In this document: positions 60,273-64,000 of the stretch, in pieces | How positions within the stretch are numbered: position 1 is the first letter of the stretch | Layout of the letters: every line of letters starts with the position of its first letter | From: a bacterium | GTDB taxonomy: Bacteria > Zhuqueibacterota > Zhuqueibacteria > Residuimicrobiales > Krinioviventaceae | Assembly: GCA_963693055.1 (NCBI GenBank) | Contig: OY843751.1 | Span: 4,032,001-4,096,000 of the forward strand | Length of the DNA: 64,000 bases | Direction of reading: 5' to 3' | Translations under genes and position numbers: made by a program | The notes under the pieces: model-generated | Seen by the model: only the letters and a program-made list of their open reading frames with translations | What the model was told of the DNA's origin: nothing | The model's database searches: none

Positions 60273-63200
60273 GTGAATACAATAAAAACCATATGTCTGT
60301 TTATCTTGTCAATTATTTCAATAACACTTTCTCAAGACATTCAAATTCAATGGTCAAAAACATATGATTATGATTATGATATAACTTTTGATAATAGCAT
60401 TGATTTTGCGCATGATGGAGGATATATTTTCACAACAGGTCGTAAAATGTTCAAGATTGATGGACAAGGCACTGTTCAGGAAGATTGGCCGCTGGATCCA
60501 TTGCCTGATAACCAATCCATAAATTATCTCCAAAAGTGCAATAAAGGCTATATAACAACAGGTTATATTTGTCTTGAAAGTGAAAATAAAATTAAGGCAT
60601 TTCTGAGAAAAATTGACAACCAGGGCCGGCAGGAATGGGAAAAACTCTTTTTCAATAGTGATACTGATTATGCTGATATTAGTGATTATGGTATGTTGGT
60701 CAAACAAACTCATGACAATGGTTACATTCTCATTTTTGATGATTTCCAGATGGATTGGACCACATATGAACCTGACAATGACTATTGGATAATTAAAACA
60801 GACCAGTATGGGGAAATACAGTGGGATTATTGGATTTGGGGTGATTACAATTCCGGCGAACCTTCAGCAATATATCAAACATCCGACAATGGTTATATTA
60901 TCGCCTATAACTACGATTCCGGTAATCTGCTCCGGTTAACTGCAGATGGCCATAAAATGTGGGAAAAAAAATATGAAAATAATATAGGACACGTTTTACC
61001 AACAGAGAATGGGGGGTTCTTAATTTGCGGCTACAACTATATAAAAATGGTAGATAAATATGGAGATGAAATTTGGATTAATTCTTTTCAAAATGATCAT
61101 GCGTACTCTTTAACTTATATTAAAAGACCGGACAATAACAGCTATTTATTAAGCGGAAGCATTATTGATTCCTCAAATAGGTCAAAGGGCTGGTTGATCA
61201 AAACGGACAACTTTGGCAATAAAATTTGGGGAAAAACATTAACAGACATTACTAACATATATCAAATTTTAAAAATCTCCCAAAACGAATATATTTTATT
61301 CGGTTACAAGGGAGGTTATACAACTATAATTAAAATCAAAGAAGACTCTCAGCAAACTCCCACAACATTTGAATTATTAGACCCTGTGGACAACAAGTTG
61401 GGGGTTGGAACTCAACTTTGTCTGGACTGGACCAGTGTTGCCAATGTGTCCTCCTACCTCCTTGAAGTTGATGATGACAATGACATGTCAAGTCCCCTTG
61501 TCTCCAAAACTATTTCAAATGAATCAAACTGTATTGTAGATGGATTATCCGATTCAACATACTATTACTGGAGAGTCAAAGCCCTATTTTCGGATAATTC
61601 CGGCAGTTGGTCTGAAATCAGTACATTTAAAACAATGCAACCTCCCCACATGAAATTTAATGGACCTGATGGTTACAACCTGTCATATGTAGATGTTGGT
61701 GATCAATATTATACGGACAGAGATTACACCATAACCAGTCTGCCTGATCCATTTAAAAATTGTCTATGGATTAAAACCCAAAACAGCGATAAATTTAATA
61801 CTTATGACGATTTTATTCATTTTTATTTGGAAACTGATGCAATCGTCTATGTTGCTTATGATAACCGTGCAAGCTCTGTTCCCCATTGGTTGTTATCTCA
61901 TTTTGAGCGTACCCAATACACCATAGAAAATACTGATGAATACTGTAATTTCACTATCTGGAAAGGCCAATTCGCAGCAGGTGAAGTAACATTAGGGGCC
62001 AATATAGCAAATGGAGCAGAGGGTGTGCTAACAAATTATGTTGTATTCATTGATATTCCACTACAGTTACTTGATCCCAGGGACAATAAAACCGGTGTTG
62101 GAATTGATTTAAGCTTAAGCTGGGAAGCACTAAGCAATTTAGAAAATTATGATCTGCAAATCAACGATAACCAGGACATGTCATCGCCCTTGTATAATAT
62201 TAACGATATATGGAAGCCTTGGTATTGTTTAAAGGACCTGGACTATAATAAAGACTATTATTGGAGGATCAAAGCGCACAATCGTAATGATGAGGATGCC
62301 TGGTCCCAAACACAAAAATTTCATACAATGAATGAACCTCCAATTCATATTACATATTGGATTGATTATTATTATTTGGTAGAGTCATTGTCCTGGTTAG
62401 AAGAAAATGATCAATACTATTTTGACCGAAATTATATAATTCATTCTATTCCCGATCCCTTGAAAAATCTACTTTGGATCAAAACAGCAAATGATAATGC
62501 TCAAAAAGACTCTGATATTTATCTGAACTTTGGATCACAAAGTGAAATAACACTTTATGTTGGTTTTGATTCCAGGGCCACATCCCTGCCAAACTGGGTA
62601 ACGGACGATTTTAGCAACACAGGTTTGACCATAAAAGTTTCTGATGCAGCAAAAGAATTAAATATATGGTCAAGAACTGTTAAAAAGGGTTGGTTCTATC
62701 TGGAGTCAAATATAGGAGAAGGCGCTGAAAACATTAAAAGTCATTATGTCGTTTTAATAGACACCAACCAGGTACAACCTCTCTCTGCTCATTTTGGTTC
62801 AGATGTAACCTCGGGAGTACTCCCGTTAACCGTTAATTTCGCAGACAGTTCTCAAGGCCTTATCACATCATGGTTATGGGATTTTGGTGATGGCGCAACC
62901 TCCACTGAAAAGAATCCCTCCCACACCTATGAAAACGCAGGCAGCTACACTGTTAGTTTAACAGTAAGTGGACTGGGTGGTTCTGATACCATAACAAAAG
63001 AAAATTACATTACAGTCAAAAATGTGATAGCAAATTTTGGTGCAGATGTGACCATGGGACAAGCACCGCTTACTGTGAGTTTTACTGACAGTTCACTTGG
63101 AGACATTGACGCATGGTTGTGGAAATTTGGAGACGGACTCACAAGTACGTCTCAAAATCCAACGCACGTGTACACCTCTGGCGACTCGTTCACCGTATCG

Positions 63201-63563
63201 CTATTTGTACGTAATTCCAGTGGATCAAACACAATGGTCAAAACGAATTATATTATTGTTGACCACCCAACATCCATTGACGACATGGCCTGGATACCGG
63301 AAAAATTCGATCTACTGCCCAATTACCCCAATCCATTCAATCCGCAAACCACAATCCGGTTTGCAGTACCGCAAAAATCATTTGTAAATATTACAATATT
63401 TGATATAAACGGAAAGCTGGTCCAGAACTTATTTTCCGGCACCAAAAATCCGGGAAATTATGCCATCACATGGAACGCCGCAGGCTTTTCATCCGGCATG
63501 TATTTCATCAAAATGGATACGGATGCCTACTCATCTGTTAGAAAATGCATATTGGTTAAATAA
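60273..63563 (+). CDS. Array paralog 6
   Basis: Same architecture. Confidence 0.9.
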   Translation: MNTIKTICLFILSIISITLSQDIQIQWSKTYDYDYDITFDNSIDFAHDGGYIFTTGRKMFKIDGQGTVQEDWPLDPLPDNQSINYLQKCNKGYITTGYICLESENKIKAFLRKIDNQGRQEWEKLFFNSDTDYADISDYGMLVKQTHDNGYILIFDDFQMDWTTYEPDNDYWIIKTDQYGEIQWDYWIWGDYNSGEPSAIYQTSDNGYIIAYNYDSGNLLRLTADGHKMWEKKYENNIGHVLPTENGGFLICGYNYIKMVDKYGDEIWINSFQNDHAYSLTYIKRPDNNSYLLSGSIIDSSNRSKGWLIKTDNFGNKIWGKTLTDITNIYQILKISQNEYILFGYKGGYTTIIKIKEDSQQTPTTFELLDPVDNKLGVGTQLCLDWTSVANVSSYLLEVDDDNDMSSPLVSKTISNESNCIVDGLSDSTYYYWRVKALFSDNSGSWSEISTFKTMQPPHMKFNGPDGYNLSYVDVGDQYYTDRDYTITSLPDPFKNCLWIKTQNSDKFNTYDDFIHFYLETDAIVYVAYDNRASSVPHWLLSHFERTQYTIENTDEYCNFTIWKGQFAAGEVTLGANIANGAEGVLTNYVVFIDIPLQLLDPRDNKTGVGIDLSLSWEALSNLENYDLQINDNQDMSSPLYNINDIWKPWYCLKDLDYNKDYYWRIKAHNRNDEDAWSQTQKFHTMNEPPIHITYWIDYYYLVESLSWLEENDQYYFDRNYIIHSIPDPLKNLLWIKTANDNAQKDSDIYLNFGSQSEITLYVGFDSRATSLPNWVTDDFSNTGLTIKVSDAAKELNIWSRTVKKGWFYLESNIGEGAENIKSHYVVLIDTNQVQPLSAHFGSDVTSGVLPLTVNFADSSQGLITSWLWDFGDGATSTEKNPSHTYENAGSYTVSLTVSGLGGSDTITKENYITVKNVIANFGADVTMGQAPLTVSFTDSSLGDIDAWLWKFGDGLTSTSQNPTHVYTSGDSFTVSLFVRNSSGSNTMVKTNYIIVDHPTSIDDMAWIPEKFDLLPNYPNPFNPQTTIRFAVPQKSFVNITIFDINGKLVQNLFSGTKNPGNYAITWNAAGFSSGMYFIKMDTDAYSSVRKCILVK

Positions 63564-63569
63564 ATTTAC

Positions 63570-63597
63570 ACCCCGGGCATCTTGCCCGGGGATTTTT
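63570..63597 (+). terminator. Intrinsic terminator closing the array
   Basis: CCCCGGGCA-TCT-TGCCCGGGG-ATTTTT. Confidence 0.8.
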
Positions 63598-63598
63598 C

Positions 63599-63820
63599 GT
63601 CTGAATCAAGATTTAAAAGATGAATAGGATGATAGGATTTTAAAAAAAAACAGATCCCAACCATAGTAATCCTGTTATTCCAGGTTCAGACAAGTATCAA
63701 CGATCCTTCGATCCCCCACCTGCAGACGAAAGTACGCGGACCGGTTCCTGGCTTTACTTCCACTCTCTTATCTGCTATCTCTTGCTTTTCCTGATTACTG
63801 ACCACTGAATACTGACAACT
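63599..63820. repeat. MITE-like 9-mer element plus heptamers
   Basis: GTCTGAA...TTCAGAC inverted ends at 63599-63691 with internal nnnAGGAT units; CTGATTA CTGACCA CTGAATA CTGACAA at 63791-63818. Confidence 0.6.
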
Positions 63821-63934
63821 TTTATCGCAAACATTTTTGAATTTTTAAAAACTTTTATTTATTCAAATTTATATTTATATTCTTATCTTGATTTATATAC
63901 CATCAATCCGTATACATTCAATGCAGGAGTACAT

Positions 63935-64000
63935 TTGAAAAAATTGCTTTTAGCATCATTAATTTTATCATTCTGCATGAACTGCAGCAAGGCAGACAAT
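63935..64000 (+). CDS. Partial probable lipoprotein (runs off window)
   Basis: AGGAG RBS, TTG start, MKKLLLASLILSFCMNCSKADN. Confidence 0.6.
   Translation, partial: MKKLLLASLILSFCMNCSKADN

Noticed and set aside
43398-63563. Diversity-generating retroelement acting on the paralog array
   Set aside because: No reverse transcriptase, Avd or non-coding template repeat in the window. Variation includes indels and all bases, and the C-termini are the most conserved part. A trans-acting DGR elsewhere cannot be excluded.

Overview
Bacterial chromosomal window, most likely from a non-Bacteroidota member of the FCB superphylum such as KSB1 or Calditrichota. This is inferred from ten genes ending in a PNPFN(P/A)-type secretion/sorting C-terminal domain (CTD), together with canonical TTGACA-N17-TATAAT promoters and Shine-Dalgarno sites. 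From left to right: (1) a ~5 kb minimal phage-derived module (lysozyme, terminase pair, YqaJ exonuclease, CI repressor) with no integrase or virion genes; (2) mixed accessory genes, including a SatD/DUF3307 pair separated by four phased 16-bp palindromes and a gene frameshifted by an 8-bp duplication; (3) a pectin-related locus (PL11, PL9, ECF sigma, FecR, TonB-dependent receptor) without a SusD; (4) iorAB, tetR-esterase and a methyltransferase; (5) a 20 kb tandem array of six ~1100-aa secreted paralogs with conserved frameworks, hypervariable aromatic/acidic loops and patchwork identical DNA tracts. Several intergenic regions are composites of REP-like and heptamer repeat families. No rRNA, tRNA, CRISPR array, integrase or reverse transcriptase was seen. 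All family calls come from motif recognition by eye, not from database searches.
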